A stretch of DNA of 63,532 nucleotides, filler included. It is 4 parts of 4 records of this genome, joined end to end, with 100 filler letters (N's around TTAATTAATTAA, not from the genome) between each part and the next. Parts side by side here need not be neighbours in the genome. Positions count along the whole stretch, not along the records: positions 39,861 to 57,074 come from SRR31156797_2449; positions 57,175 to 63,532 come from SRR31156797_2517; 2 more parts are not named here. One strand, written 5' to 3'. Under the pieces are notes generated by a model. The model was not told where the DNA came from, made no database searches, and worked only from the letters and a program-made list of their open reading frames with translations. Of the stretch, positions 49,000 to 58,487 are shown in pieces (the first letter of the stretch is position 1; each line of letters begins with the position of its first letter). The position numbers were made by a program, and so were the translations under genes.

Positions 49000-50556
49000 T
49001 TATTCACTCTCTTTTTTATCTTCAACACCAGCTATTTTTAAAACTTCTTTTAATTTTTCATTTTCATAATAGTATTCTTCAAGTAAGGGTTTTAATTTAT
49101 ATTGTTTTACAAATTCTAATTCTTCATCAGAAGTTACATCCATAAAGTAACTATGTCCTATTTGGTACTCTTTGCCTAATCCATCATCAACTATTTGTTT
49201 ATTTACAGCATTCATAAGTTTTTTAGCATTATCAAAATCAACTAATTCTGGATTAGGTTCCATTTTTATAAAAGTAAACCTTCTTCTAAGTGCTACATCT
49301 ATCAATGCTATTGATTTATCTGTGGTATTCATTGTTCCGATTATATATAGATTTGATGGTACTGAAAACTTCTGTTTTGAATAGGGTAGCGTAACTTTAT
49401 AATTATCTCTTTTTGACTCTTCAATTAGAGTAATTAATTCACCAAAGATTTTAGAGATGTTTCCTCTATTTATTTCATCTATAACCAGATAGAAATTTTT
49501 TTCTTTTTGTACAGAAATTTGGGTTTCCTTCATAATTTCAGAAATCAATTTACCAATAGGATAATATAACCCTGCTAAGGAAATAGTATCTTTTTTCACA
49601 TCTAATTTTTTTATATCTGCTGGTTTTTCAATTTCGTCTTTTATAAATGATTTAACAACTGTCTCTAAATCACTTTTTTTGACATATTGTATGTCTTTTG
49701 CATTTGAAGATTGAACTTTTATTGTATTTTCTTTAAATTCATGAATTATTATTTCTACATTTGAGACACTATAAATTTTATCTAATCCTTCTTCAAAATA
49801 TTTACCCCTCAATGTATCATAGGCATCGTCAAAACTAATTGTTTTAGTATAATTTTCAAAGGATTGATTTTTTGCATTTTGTGAAATTACTTTAAAAATT
49901 CCATTTTCAATCTCTATATTTCCATTTTCTTGAGGTCTAAAACCTTCAATAAAATCCTCGTATCCAAAGCTTTGATGAAAGGTAATAAATTCAACTCTTT
50001 TTTCATCTTCAACTATTTTATAAGTATTATGAATATTGTCATTTAGTTCATTTTTTTGAATTGTTTCAAATATATCTTTTTGATATTTTCCCTCTTCTAT
50101 TAAAGAAATTAATTTTTTATAATTATGAGTTTTCCCAACACCTGGAGCACCATATAGGATTATATTTTTTATGTTCATTTTTTTATTTTGCTGAATATTC
50201 TCTTCTTTAATGTTATATCCTTCTTTCTTTGCAAAATTAATCATATTGTTGATATTATCACAATCTCCTCCATTATTACCCCATTGGGTAGTAAAATATA
50301 ATAATTCATTATTATATTCAATAGGATCAAAATATCTTTTTTTAGAATCTTTTGATTTTGTCTCCCAATCTTTTTTATTTAGGACTACAAAATTGTTACT
50401 ACAATGGCATTGATTAAAAGTATCTTGCAAAGTTTTATAATCCATATTATCATGTAATTGTAAATAATACTTAAAAATATCAAAACATAAATTATTTAAT
50501 GCATATCCATTCCTACCATTTTTTTTATAAATTTTTTCATTAAAATCAACTTCCAT
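49000..50556 (-). CDS. mcrB: McrB-family AAA+ GTPase with atypical N-terminal domain
   Basis: GAPGVGKT, FITFHQSFGYEDFIEG, IDEINRGNISKIFGELITLIE, MNTTD (NxxD), ALRRRF, IGHSYF. Confidence 0.9.
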   Translation of the reverse strand: MEVDFNEKIYKKNGRNGYALNNLCFDIFKYYLQLHDNMDYKTLQDTFNQCHCSNNFVVLNKKDWETKSKDSKKRYFDPIEYNNELLYFTTQWGNNGGDCDNINNMINFAKKEGYNIKEENIQQNKKMNIKNIILYGAPGVGKTHNYKKLISLIEEGKYQKDIFETIQKNELNDNIHNTYKIVEDEKRVEFITFHQSFGYEDFIEGFRPQENGNIEIENGIFKVISQNAKNQSFENYTKTISFDDAYDTLRGKYFEEGLDKIYSVSNVEIIIHEFKENTIKVQSSNAKDIQYVKKSDLETVVKSFIKDEIEKPADIKKLDVKKDTISLAGLYYPIGKLISEIMKETQISVQKEKNFYLVIDEINRGNISKIFGELITLIEESKRDNYKVTLPYSKQKFSVPSNLYIIGTMNTTDKSIALIDVALRRRFTFIKMEPNPELVDFDNAKKLMNAVNKQIVDDGLGKEYQIGHSYFMDVTSDEELEFVKQYKLKPLLEEYYYENEKLKEVLKIAGVEDKKESE

Positions 50557-51676
50557 TTATCATCTCCAATCTATTTTTCATATCTTCTATATACTCTTTA
50601 TACTCTATATTTTCACAACTTAAATCAATACTTTTCATCTCTAACTTTATACATTTATCATCTTTTCCTAGTTCTATCTTTTCATTTAAATTAACTAAAT
50701 GTTTTGGATACAGAAGCACTGTATTTTTTATCCCAATATTAATTCCATATGTAAACATTTGATATTTATCATGGGTTTTTAAATCTTCCCTATTTTTAGC
50801 AAACTTATACTTTGTATCAATAATTTTATCTACAATTTTAATATCTGGTTTTAGTTTTAAACTACCAAAATTAAACTCTCTTTGAAGCTCTACTTTAGGG
50901 TCAATCTCTTTATAAATATTTCCAATAAACTTTTCAAAAACTTCACTCATATCAAATAAAAAAGCTAAACTTTTACTATCCGCACTATTTACTAAAGGAG
51001 AGAGTTTTTTTAATATTATAAGAGCTATTTGAAAAGATTTTTCAAATCTAATATTTAATCTATCAAACTTAATTTTTAGTCTATTTATATCTATTGGATA
51101 ATATTCCACTTCATCGAAAACTGCTTCACATTTATGTAGATTAGAGCAGGAGCTATATCTTTTGAAAATTTTTATTGCGTATAAAAAAAATCTATTTAAC
51201 TCATTGTCCATTGAAAACTCATCAAATTCACAATATATATTCATATGATAAAAGTTTTGAAAGTTTTTTTCAACTAAATACTTACCTTTTAAAACTTTTA
51301 AATTCTCTTGTCTTGCAATATATGTTTTATATATTCCTCTTTTTAGCTCATTTAATAGTAAGTTTGAAAAGTATCTAATAAAGATTTCCAGATATTTAAA
51401 TTTTGTATTTTCAAAATCTGCTAAATCTTCATTTGAGATTTTTATATCATAAGCTTTTAAAAGCATATAGATAAATATATTTAGATTTTGCTCATTGTCC
51501 TTTGCAATTTTTGGAATAATAAAATAATCTTCATCTTCTATTGATAAAAAACCACAGCAATTTTTAGGTTTTATACCTTCAAAATTAATATCAAATTTTT
51601 TTTGTAAGGGTTTATTATTTTCTATATGTTTTTTTAAATGAGAAGGAATATATTGATTTTCAATTAAATAGTTCAT
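50546..51676 (-). CDS. mcrC: McrC-family PD-(D/E)xK nuclease
   Basis: IIPKI, CEFDEFSMDN..N, FDM..VFEKF, KPD..IIDTKYK, DKYQMFTY, LLYP; 11-nt overlap with the mcrB start. Confidence 0.88.
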   Translation of the reverse strand: MNYLIENQYIPSHLKKHIENNKPLQKKFDINFEGIKPKNCCGFLSIEDEDYFIIPKIAKDNEQNLNIFIYMLLKAYDIKISNEDLADFENTKFKYLEIFIRYFSNLLLNELKRGIYKTYIARQENLKVLKGKYLVEKNFQNFYHMNIYCEFDEFSMDNELNRFFLYAIKIFKRYSSCSNLHKCEAVFDEVEYYPIDINRLKIKFDRLNIRFEKSFQIALIILKKLSPLVNSADSKSLAFLFDMSEVFEKFIGNIYKEIDPKVELQREFNFGSLKLKPDIKIVDKIIDTKYKFAKNREDLKTHDKYQMFTYGINIGIKNTVLLYPKHLVNLNEKIELGKDDKCIKLEMKSIDLSCENIEYKEYIEDMKNRLEMINGS

Positions 51677-51752
51677 TTATTTCTTTATAATTTTTTATAT
51701 GATTAATAATATAAAAAATATGCAAAAAATAAATTTAACTAAAGGTATGCAA

Positions 51753-51785
51753 TCTTCTTTACTCTTAATAAAAGTAAAGAAGAAA
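51753..51785 (-). terminator. Terminator after the ybcL-like gene
   Basis: TCTTCTTTACT...AGTAAAGAAGA inverted repeat. Confidence 0.6.
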
Positions 51786-51791
51786 GTATTT

Positions 51792-52316
51792 TTATCTTTT
51801 GTAATAAGCTGTTAGTGTAGATTTTTCAATTGTGTGGCTATTAAGATAGAAGCCAACAACAGCAGGGTTTGTTTGTTTGTTTAAATCAAGTTTTTCAACA
51901 TCAAGAGCATGAATTGTAAACTCATATCTATGAGCTTTATCTCCAACAGGAGGACAAGTTCCACCAAAACTATTTGTTCCATAGTTATTTAGACTTTGTA
52001 CAATATCTTTATGGGATTTATTTCCAAATCCCTCTTCAAGTTTTAAAACAGTTTTTGGGATATTAAAAACAACCCAATGCCAAAATCCCGAACCTGTCGG
52101 TGCATCAGGGTCATAAACAGTTACTGCAAAGGATTTAGTTCCTTTTGGTGCATTTTCCCAAGATAAATCTGGAGATATATTTTCTCCATTACATCCAAAG
52201 CCATTAAACTCTTGTTTTTTTCCAAATTGTCCGGATACAGTTTCACTTTTTAAAGTGAAACCCTCTGCTAATAACAAACTAGAACTTAATGTTAAAATTG
52301 CAAATAGTTTTTTCAT
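51792..52316 (-). CDS. YbhB/YbcL Raf kinase inhibitor-like (PEBP) protein, exported
   Basis: Signal peptide; GCNGENISP.L.W, YDPDAPTGSGFWHW, CPPVGD..HRY. Confidence 0.92.
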   Translation of the reverse strand: MKKLFAILTLSSSLLLAEGFTLKSETVSGQFGKKQEFNGFGCNGENISPDLSWENAPKGTKSFAVTVYDPDAPTGSGFWHWVVFNIPKTVLKLEEGFGNKSHKDIVQSLNNYGTNSFGGTCPPVGDKAHRYEFTIHALDVEKLDLNKQTNPAVVGFYLNSHTIEKSTLTAYYKR

Positions 52317-52381
52317 ATTTACTCCTATTGTTTTTCTTTATATGGTAATAGAAAAGTAAATTTGAAGATATTAGAAAAGTT

Positions 52382-53197
52382 CTAATTTTTGTTAGTTTTT
52401 ATCTGATTTGGTGTTAGATTATACTCTTTTTTAAAAACTTGTATAAACCATGAAAGATTATCAAAACCCACATCAAAGGCTATTTCACTTACATTTTTTG
52501 TTCCAGCTTCCAAAAGTACTTTTGCTCTTTCTAGTCTTTTTTGAGTTTGCCATTTTTTAGGAGTAGTTAAAAACTCCTCTTTAAATCTTTGCCTAAAAGA
52601 GCTTTCGGGAATTTTTAAAACATCTGCTAGTTCTAAAATATTTTCATTGTATTTAAACTCTTTTTTTACAAAAGATTTAAATCTATTTCCCATAGATATA
52701 GAGTATAAAAAACTCAAAAATTCATTTGATTTATCTTTATTAAGAATATTTAGAAAAACCTCTTCAAGTTTTAGTTTTATTAGTTGTTCTTTGTTTAATA
52801 AATCACTATTAAAGTATTCGCAAGTTAAATCTATAATAGATTTTAACTCTTTTGTATAATCAATCTTTACAAAACTCTTTTTTTCTATATCTTTTGTATT
52901 AAAATCGATATTATATTTATTTATAAAATCTAAAAGTAAATCATCTTCATACAAAAAAACCATTGACTCAAAATACTCATCTAAAACTTCAGACATAATA
53001 TAACTTCCACTTTTTAAAAAAAGTGCAAAATCCTCTTTTGTTTCTATTACATTATCTTCTATATGAAGTAGTTTTGTTCCTTTTCTTACAAAAATAAGAG
53101 CATTTTCCTTCATATAGATTTCATTTTTATGTTGTGGTTTTCTTTGTATATAATTACAAAAAGAAATATTAGATATAGTACTAAATTGTGGTTCCAT
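52382..53197 (-). CDS. AraC-family regulator
   Basis: C-terminal double HTH: SSFRQRFK...RLERAK.LL....VSEIAFDVGF.NLSWF...FKK.Y..TP. Confidence 0.92.
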   Translation of the reverse strand: MEPQFSTISNISFCNYIQRKPQHKNEIYMKENALIFVRKGTKLLHIEDNVIETKEDFALFLKSGSYIMSEVLDEYFESMVFLYEDDLLLDFINKYNIDFNTKDIEKKSFVKIDYTKELKSIIDLTCEYFNSDLLNKEQLIKLKLEEVFLNILNKDKSNEFLSFLYSISMGNRFKSFVKKEFKYNENILELADVLKIPESSFRQRFKEEFLTTPKKWQTQKRLERAKVLLEAGTKNVSEIAFDVGFDNLSWFIQVFKKEYNLTPNQIKTNKN

Positions 53198-53201
53198 AAT
53201 C

Positions 53202-53645
53202 TTATTTTATTGAAATATAAATTTCAATTGAATCCTCTTTGCTATACTTTTCAAAATCAACTTTATATGCTCTTTCATATTCATTTTCTTTTTCAAAATA
53301 TGCCCAAACATCTTTCCAACATTCAATTACAACTTCAGGCAATTCACCCTCTTTTGAAAATACTAAATATTTTTGTTCTTTTATCACTATTGCATTTTTT
53401 GGTTTTGTAACTTCAACTGCAACTGTTACAGTATAATCACCATCTACATCTGATGTATAATCAGAATAAGTTGCATACATTGAAGATTTGTTTGCTTTAT
53501 TGAAAGTTTTTCCTAGAATATTTTTATCTTGATACTCTTCCCATAGTTTTCCAATTTTTGCTGTTTCTGGATTGAACTCATCTTTATTGTTAGTTGTAAC
53601 TGCTAATCCTGCTACCATTAATTTATCTATATATTTTATTTTCAT
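53202..53645 (-). CDS. GyrI-like/Cass2 effector-binding protein
   Basis: TTNN..E....KIGKLW, Y.DY.SD..GDY, W..VW..F....R.Y..DFE.Y....EIYI. Confidence 0.85.
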   Translation of the reverse strand: MKIKYIDKLMVAGLAVTTNNKDEFNPETAKIGKLWEEYQDKNILGKTFNKANKSSMYATYSDYTSDVDGDYTVTVAVEVTKPKNAIVIKEQKYLVFSKEGELPEVVIECWKDVWAYFEKENEYERAYKVDFEKYSKEDSIEIYISIK

Positions 53646-53658
53646 TTTTTTCCTATTT

Positions 53659-54339
53659 TTAATTATTTAATTTATATCCCGTTCCATAAATATTTTCAAT
53701 TGAATCTTTTGGAAGCTTTTTTCTAAGACGCTTGATTAAGTCTTTTAGTTTTGTTGCACTGCTTTCACACACATCAAATTCATCCCAAAGATAGTTATAT
53801 ATTTCATCTGTTGTGAATACTCTGTCCTTTTTAGAAGTCATCAACTCCAAAAATAAACTCTCATGGTTTGTAAGCTTTATTTCTTGGTCATTGCAAATAA
53901 GTTTTTTTGAGTCTCTATTAAAATAAAAATTCTGTTTTAATTGAAATATACAATACTCTTCATTTAACTCTTTATACTGTAAAACAGCTTCATTTAAAGC
54001 CTCTTTTAGCTTCATTCTTGATATTGGTTTTGGAAGATATTTTGTCAGATTTAGTTCTGCTGCAAAAAGAAGTTTATCTTGTTCTAAATGTGCAGTTAAA
54101 ATTATTATTCTAGTTTTTTTATCTTTTTGTCTAATTTGTTTTGTTAATTCTAAACCATTTAACATTGGCATATTTATATCAAGAAGCATAATATTTGGTT
54201 TGCATTCTAAGTAGGCTTCTAAGGCTTCTTTTCCATTTGAAACAACATAAACCTCTTTGAAATATCTTTTTAAATATCTTCCATAATTTTCTCTGGTTTC
54301 AAGCTCATCCTCTGCATATAAAAGCGTTAAACTATTCAT
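53659..54339 (-). CDS. OmpR-family response regulator
   Basis: YAEDE, LDINMP..NGL, LTAH, YL.KP, RLRKKL..IENIYG.GY. Confidence 0.93.
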   Translation of the reverse strand: MNSLTLLYAEDELETRENYGRYLKRYFKEVYVVSNGKEALEAYLECKPNIMLLDINMPMLNGLELTKQIRQKDKKTRIIILTAHLEQDKLLFAAELNLTKYLPKPISRMKLKEALNEAVLQYKELNEEYCIFQLKQNFYFNRDSKKLICNDQEIKLTNHESLFLELMTSKKDRVFTTDEIYNYLWDEFDVCESSATKLKDLIKRLRKKLPKDSIENIYGTGYKLNN

Positions 54340-55201
54340 CCTCTTCCTTTGATAAATATATAGAAAATTTAGCTCCTAAATTTTCATTTTTTACTTTTAG
54401 TTCCCCATGCATAGATTTTTCAACAATCATTTTTGCCATACATAAACCATGACCAGTTCCTTGAGAATGTGGTTTTGTTGTAAAGTATGGGTCAAAGATT
54501 TTTTCAAAGAACTCTTGAGGTATTCCTCCACCATTATCACTTATCTCTAGATATGCTTTGTTTTCAACTGTTCCTATAAAAATTTTGATTTTGGGATTTT
54601 CTATTTTGTTATCTACTAAAACATCTTTTGCATTGTTAAGTATTACCAAAATAGCTTGTACAAACTCTTTTTTTACACCCACTATTTGTGAATCTTCTTG
54701 AATCTCAAACTTACACTCTATTTGTTTTGATTCAAAAAGTTTATAAACAAGGGCAAAAGCAGTATCAAAAGCCTCTTTTATAGAAAACATCTCTTTTTCT
54801 TCATTTGGTTGTAAATAGTTATTAAAACTCTCAATTGTATCAGACATATAAAAGGTGAGTTTCTCTATCTCATCTAGATGCTCTTCAAGCTTTTCATAGT
54901 CTAGTTTTTTATCCTCAAAATCTGCTTCTATATTTGCTACAACTGAGTTTATTTGAGATAGGGGTTGCTTCCATTGATGTGCTATGTGAGCGAGGGTTTC
55001 ACCAACTGCTGCAAGTTTTGATTGTGCAACTAAAAGTTTATCTTTTTCTCTTAGTTCATTAAGTTGTTTACTTACCTCTTTTTCTAACTTTTTGTTATAG
55101 CTTATTTTTGAAACCATAAAAAAAAGCAAGGCTAAAACAAACAATAAAAAGACAAAAATATATTGCTGATTTTCTAAGGCTATATCAAAAATATTGTTCA
55201 C
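54332..55201 (-). CDS. Sensor histidine kinase (single TM, no extracytoplasmic sensor)
   Basis: QSKLAAVGE...IAHQWKQPL, NNAKD, DNGGGI, FDPYFTTK..GTG.GL. Confidence 0.92.
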   Translation of the reverse strand: MNNIFDIALENQQYIFVFLLFVLALLFFMVSKISYNKKLEKEVSKQLNELREKDKLLVAQSKLAAVGETLAHIAHQWKQPLSQINSVVANIEADFEDKKLDYEKLEEHLDEIEKLTFYMSDTIESFNNYLQPNEEKEMFSIKEAFDTAFALVYKLFESKQIECKFEIQEDSQIVGVKKEFVQAILVILNNAKDVLVDNKIENPKIKIFIGTVENKAYLEISDNGGGIPQEFFEKIFDPYFTTKPHSQGTGHGLCMAKMIVEKSMHGELKVKNENLGAKFSIYLSKEEDE

Positions 55202-55271
55202 TAATTATTTCCTATTTTTAGCTAGAAAAAAGTTTAACCTATTTATGGTTAGGTCTGTATAAGCTTATTGT

Positions 55272-55847
55272 TTAATTTATAACTTTTTTTAGGGCTTCAA
55301 CTATAGATAAAGACTCTAAATTTTTAATTTTTTCTTCTAAAGTTTGTGCAGTTTCATCACTGTCTAAAGTAAGAGAATTTTGTAAAATATACTCACCCTC
55401 ATCATAATTTTCGTTTACAAAGTGAATAGTACATCCAGAAACTGTTTCTTTTGCTTCAACTACTGCTTTATGAACATTTGAACCATACATACCTTTTCCA
55501 CCAAATTTTGGTAAAAGTGCTGGGTGTGAATTTATGATTTTATTTTCATATTTAGTGATTAGGTTTTTTTCAAGTTTTTTCATATAACCTGAAAGAAATA
55601 TATAATCAACTTTGAACTCAAGCATTAGATTTGTAATCTTTTCATCTAGATTTTCATCCGGAAATTTTTTTGCATTGATTATAAAATTTGGAACATTGTT
55701 TTTATCTGCTTTTTTTAATACTTTTGCATCTGTATTATTTGAAATCACAAGAACTACTTGTGCATCTAAAACTTTCTCTTCACACGCTTTTTGGATAGTC
55801 TCAAAACCACTTCCATTGTGCGAAGCTAATATCCCAATTCTTTTCAT
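55272..55847 (-). CDS. purN: Phosphoribosylglycinamide formyltransferase
   Basis: LSGYMK, INSHPALLPKFGG.GMYG..VH, GCTIHFV...YDEG. Confidence 0.85.
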   Translation of the reverse strand: MKRIGILASHNGSGFETIQKACEEKVLDAQVVLVISNNTDAKVLKKADKNNVPNFIINAKKFPDENLDEKITNLMLEFKVDYIFLSGYMKKLEKNLITKYENKIINSHPALLPKFGGKGMYGSNVHKAVVEAKETVSGCTIHFVNENYDEGEYILQNSLTLDSDETAQTLEEKIKNLESLSIVEALKKVIN

Positions 55848-55926
55848 ATTTTTCCCTAAACCTTTTGTTGGGCGAATTATAACAAAATTTAATAAATTTA
55901 AAAAGAATCACTTTAAAAGTGATTCT

Positions 55927-56394
55927 TTATTTAAGTCTTTGAGAATGAGTAAGTGCAATTGCTATTGCATCTGTAATATCTAGTGGTTTTATCTCTTTTT
56001 TTATTCCAAGTAGTCTTTTAACCATAAAAGCAACTTGCTCTTTTTGGGCTTTTCCATTTCCTGTAACTGCTTGTTTTACTTGTAAAGGTGTATATTCTGC
56101 AAAGTGTCCAAACTCTTGTAAAACTTTTAAAGATATTGCTCCTCTAAACTGTGCAAGTTTAATTACTGTTTTAGGATTAAAGGCATAAAACATATCTTCT
56201 ATTGCAACTTCATTTATTTCATACTTTTTAAAAATCATTTCAAGTCCTTCACACATCTCTACAATCTGCTCCTGTAGGACTTTTGTCTTGATTTTAATCA
56301 ACCCTGCTTCTATTAATTTCACATTATTTCCCATCTTTTCCACAACTGCATATCCACAGTTCCTTGTTCCCGGGTCAATTCCTAATATTTTCAA
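55927..56394 (-). CDS. ruvC: Holliday junction resolvase RuvC
   Basis: [38 protein letters not shown]. Confidence 0.96.
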   Translation of the reverse strand: MKILGIDPGTRNCGYAVVEKMGNNVKLIEAGLIKIKTKVLQEQIVEMCEGLEMIFKKYEINEVAIEDMFYAFNPKTVIKLAQFRGAISLKVLQEFGHFAEYTPLQVKQAVTGNGKAQKEQVAFMVKRLLGIKKEIKPLDITDAIAIALTHSQRLK

Positions 56395-56584
56395 CTTTTC
56401 ACATTTCCTAAATCATAAACTTTTCACATTATGAAAGTGCTTTATAATGGACTATTTTTGATAAATTTTCACTTAAGTTCACAAAAGTTTTTCACTTTTG
56501 AGATTTTTTTTATTCACCCGTGAATAACTTTTAATATTAATTTAGTTATAATCTATCAATTTATATATAAAGAGTAAGTATTTA
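56336..56584. other. oriC1 / DnaA-box cluster and dnaA promoter region
   Basis: ruvC-dnaA divergent spacer with TTCAC cores at about 56398, 56423, 56468, 56478, 56491 and 56513; inverted pair TTATTCAC-cc-GTGAATAA (56510-56527); TTTTCCACA at 56336. Confidence 0.75.
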
Positions 56585-57074
56585 ATGACAAGTAAAGAGT
56601 TTTTACAGATTATAAAAAATGAAGCTAATCCTACAGACTATAATAGATATTTAAAACAGCTTTCATACAAAAAAATTTCATCAGATGAGAAGCTTGCCGT
56701 ATTTGAGGTTTCAAATAGGTATCTTGCATCTTGGATAAAAAGTAAATACAAATCAATAATTCAACACTGCTTCGAGATTTACGATGGTTCTAAGCCTGAT
56801 ATTGAGATAAAAATCACAGGTGAAAAGAAAAGTAAAAAAGAGATAATCTCGGAAAAAGCAAAAAAAGAAGAGACTGAAAGTACTATTCTAAACCCATCAT
56901 ATACTTTTGATTCATTTGTTGTTGGTAGTTCTAACCAAATGGCGTATAATGCATCTTTAGCAGTTTCTGAAAAACCAGGAGTTCAATACAACCCACTATT
57001 TTTATATGGGGGAACTGGTTTAGGAAAAACTCACCTTTTACAATCAATTGGTAATGATGCCATTGAAAAAGGTA
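56585..57074 (+). CDS. dnaA: Chromosomal replication initiator DnaA (3'-truncated)
   Basis: [41 protein letters not shown]. Confidence 0.96.
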
Positions 57075-57174
57075 NNNNNNNNNNNNNNNNNNNNNNNNNN
57101 NNNNNNNNNNNNNNNNNNTTAATTAATTAANNNNNNNNNNNNNNNNNNNNNNNNNNNNNNNNNNNNNNNNNNNN
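57075..57174. other. Artificial contig linker
   Basis: N44-TTAATTAATTAA-N44. Confidence 0.98.
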
Positions 57175-57278
57175 GCTTGCATTTACCATAGGAGATGATA
57201 TAATATCTAAGATAGATTGTAAAATAAAAAGAGTTTATAACTAATAAAAATATATAGCTGATATATGGAGGGATTGTT

Positions 57279-58472
57279 TTGCAGATGGAAACTATACAAA
57301 ATGATTATTATGAAGATGAAATAGACTTACTAGATTTAATAAAAGTTTTGTGGAAAAAAAGAATATTGATAATAGTTTTAACTTTTATTTGTACTATAAC
57401 GGGAGTTTTTTTTGCTTTAACAAGAACATCGATATACAAGGCACAACTCACATTTATAGAAGAAAGTGAAGATTCTTCATCGAGTTTAGCATCGAGTTTA
57501 GCAGGAGCACTTCCTTTGGGATTGGGAAGTAATTTAAATAGTGACTCCTCATCACTTCTGATAATATTGGAAAGTCGAACTTTTAGAGAGGAACTTATAG
57601 AAAAGTTAGGACTGTATGATTATTATATTGAATATAACGAAATTGAATTAGAGAAAATAGAAGTTAAAGAGGATATACCTACTATTTATGATGTTGCTGC
57701 TTGGTTAAAAGGAATTGTAATAGTAAGTAAAGATGAAAAAAACAGTGTTTATAGAGTTGAAGTACAATTAAAACATAAAGAGATGGTTGCTAAGATAGCA
57801 AATGAATATTTTAATGTTTTGGATAATTATTTGAAGAATGAAAAACTGTATAAATCCAAAATAAGCAAAAAATATCTTGGTGATCAAGTAGGTAGTATAG
57901 AAAATCAAATTGATGATCAACAAAAAAAAATTCGGCTTCTTGAAGAAAAATATAATACAGTGAGTATACTGGATGAAGCAAAGATAGTAACTGAAACAGT
58001 TGTCGGGTTAAAACAGGAAATAATTCAGGGTGAAAGTGAGTTAAAAATAATTTCTGCTTTTGCTGGTGAAAGAAGTCTGGAGTTAAGAAGAAAGAAGGAG
58101 ACTTTGCAGGTACTTAAGGATCAACTATCTGCAATTACAGAAGGAAAAGGAGATCTTCCTATTGAAATAATTCCTTTAAACAAAATACCGAAAATCAAAT
58201 TTGAAATGCAAAAACTTCAACAAGAGTTAGAAGTTAATTTAGAAGTTTATAAAATGCTTAGGGTGCAGTATGAGCAGAAGAAATTAGATGAAATAAACAA
58301 TCAAAGTTTAATAACTATATTAGATTCGGCAATTGAACCAAAAACTCCTATTAAACCAAATAAGAAATTGATAGTTATGATAGCATGCGTATTAGGTGGT
58401 TTTTTAGGTGTATTCTTAGCTTTTGTTTTGGAATTTATTAAAAATATTGATTGGAAAAAAATTACTGATTAG
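57279..58472 (+). CDS. Polysaccharide chain-length determinant (Wzz/Wzc N-terminal, GNVR-like domain, no kinase)
   Basis: EDEIDLLDLIKVLWKKR + TM; coiled coil; ILDSAIEP..PIKPNKKLI + Gly-rich TM. Confidence 0.88.
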   Translation: MQMETIQNDYYEDEIDLLDLIKVLWKKRILIIVLTFICTITGVFFALTRTSIYKAQLTFIEESEDSSSSLASSLAGALPLGLGSNLNSDSSSLLIILESRTFREELIEKLGLYDYYIEYNEIELEKIEVKEDIPTIYDVAAWLKGIVIVSKDEKNSVYRVEVQLKHKEMVAKIANEYFNVLDNYLKNEKLYKSKISKKYLGDQVGSIENQIDDQQKKIRLLEEKYNTVSILDEAKIVTETVVGLKQEIIQGESELKIISAFAGERSLELRRKKETLQVLKDQLSAITEGKGDLPIEIIPLNKIPKIKFEMQKLQQELEVNLEVYKMLRVQYEQKKLDEINNQSLITILDSAIEPKTPIKPNKKLIVMIACVLGGFLGVFLAFVLEFIKNIDWKKITD

Positions 58473-58487
58473 AAATTAGGGGGAATA

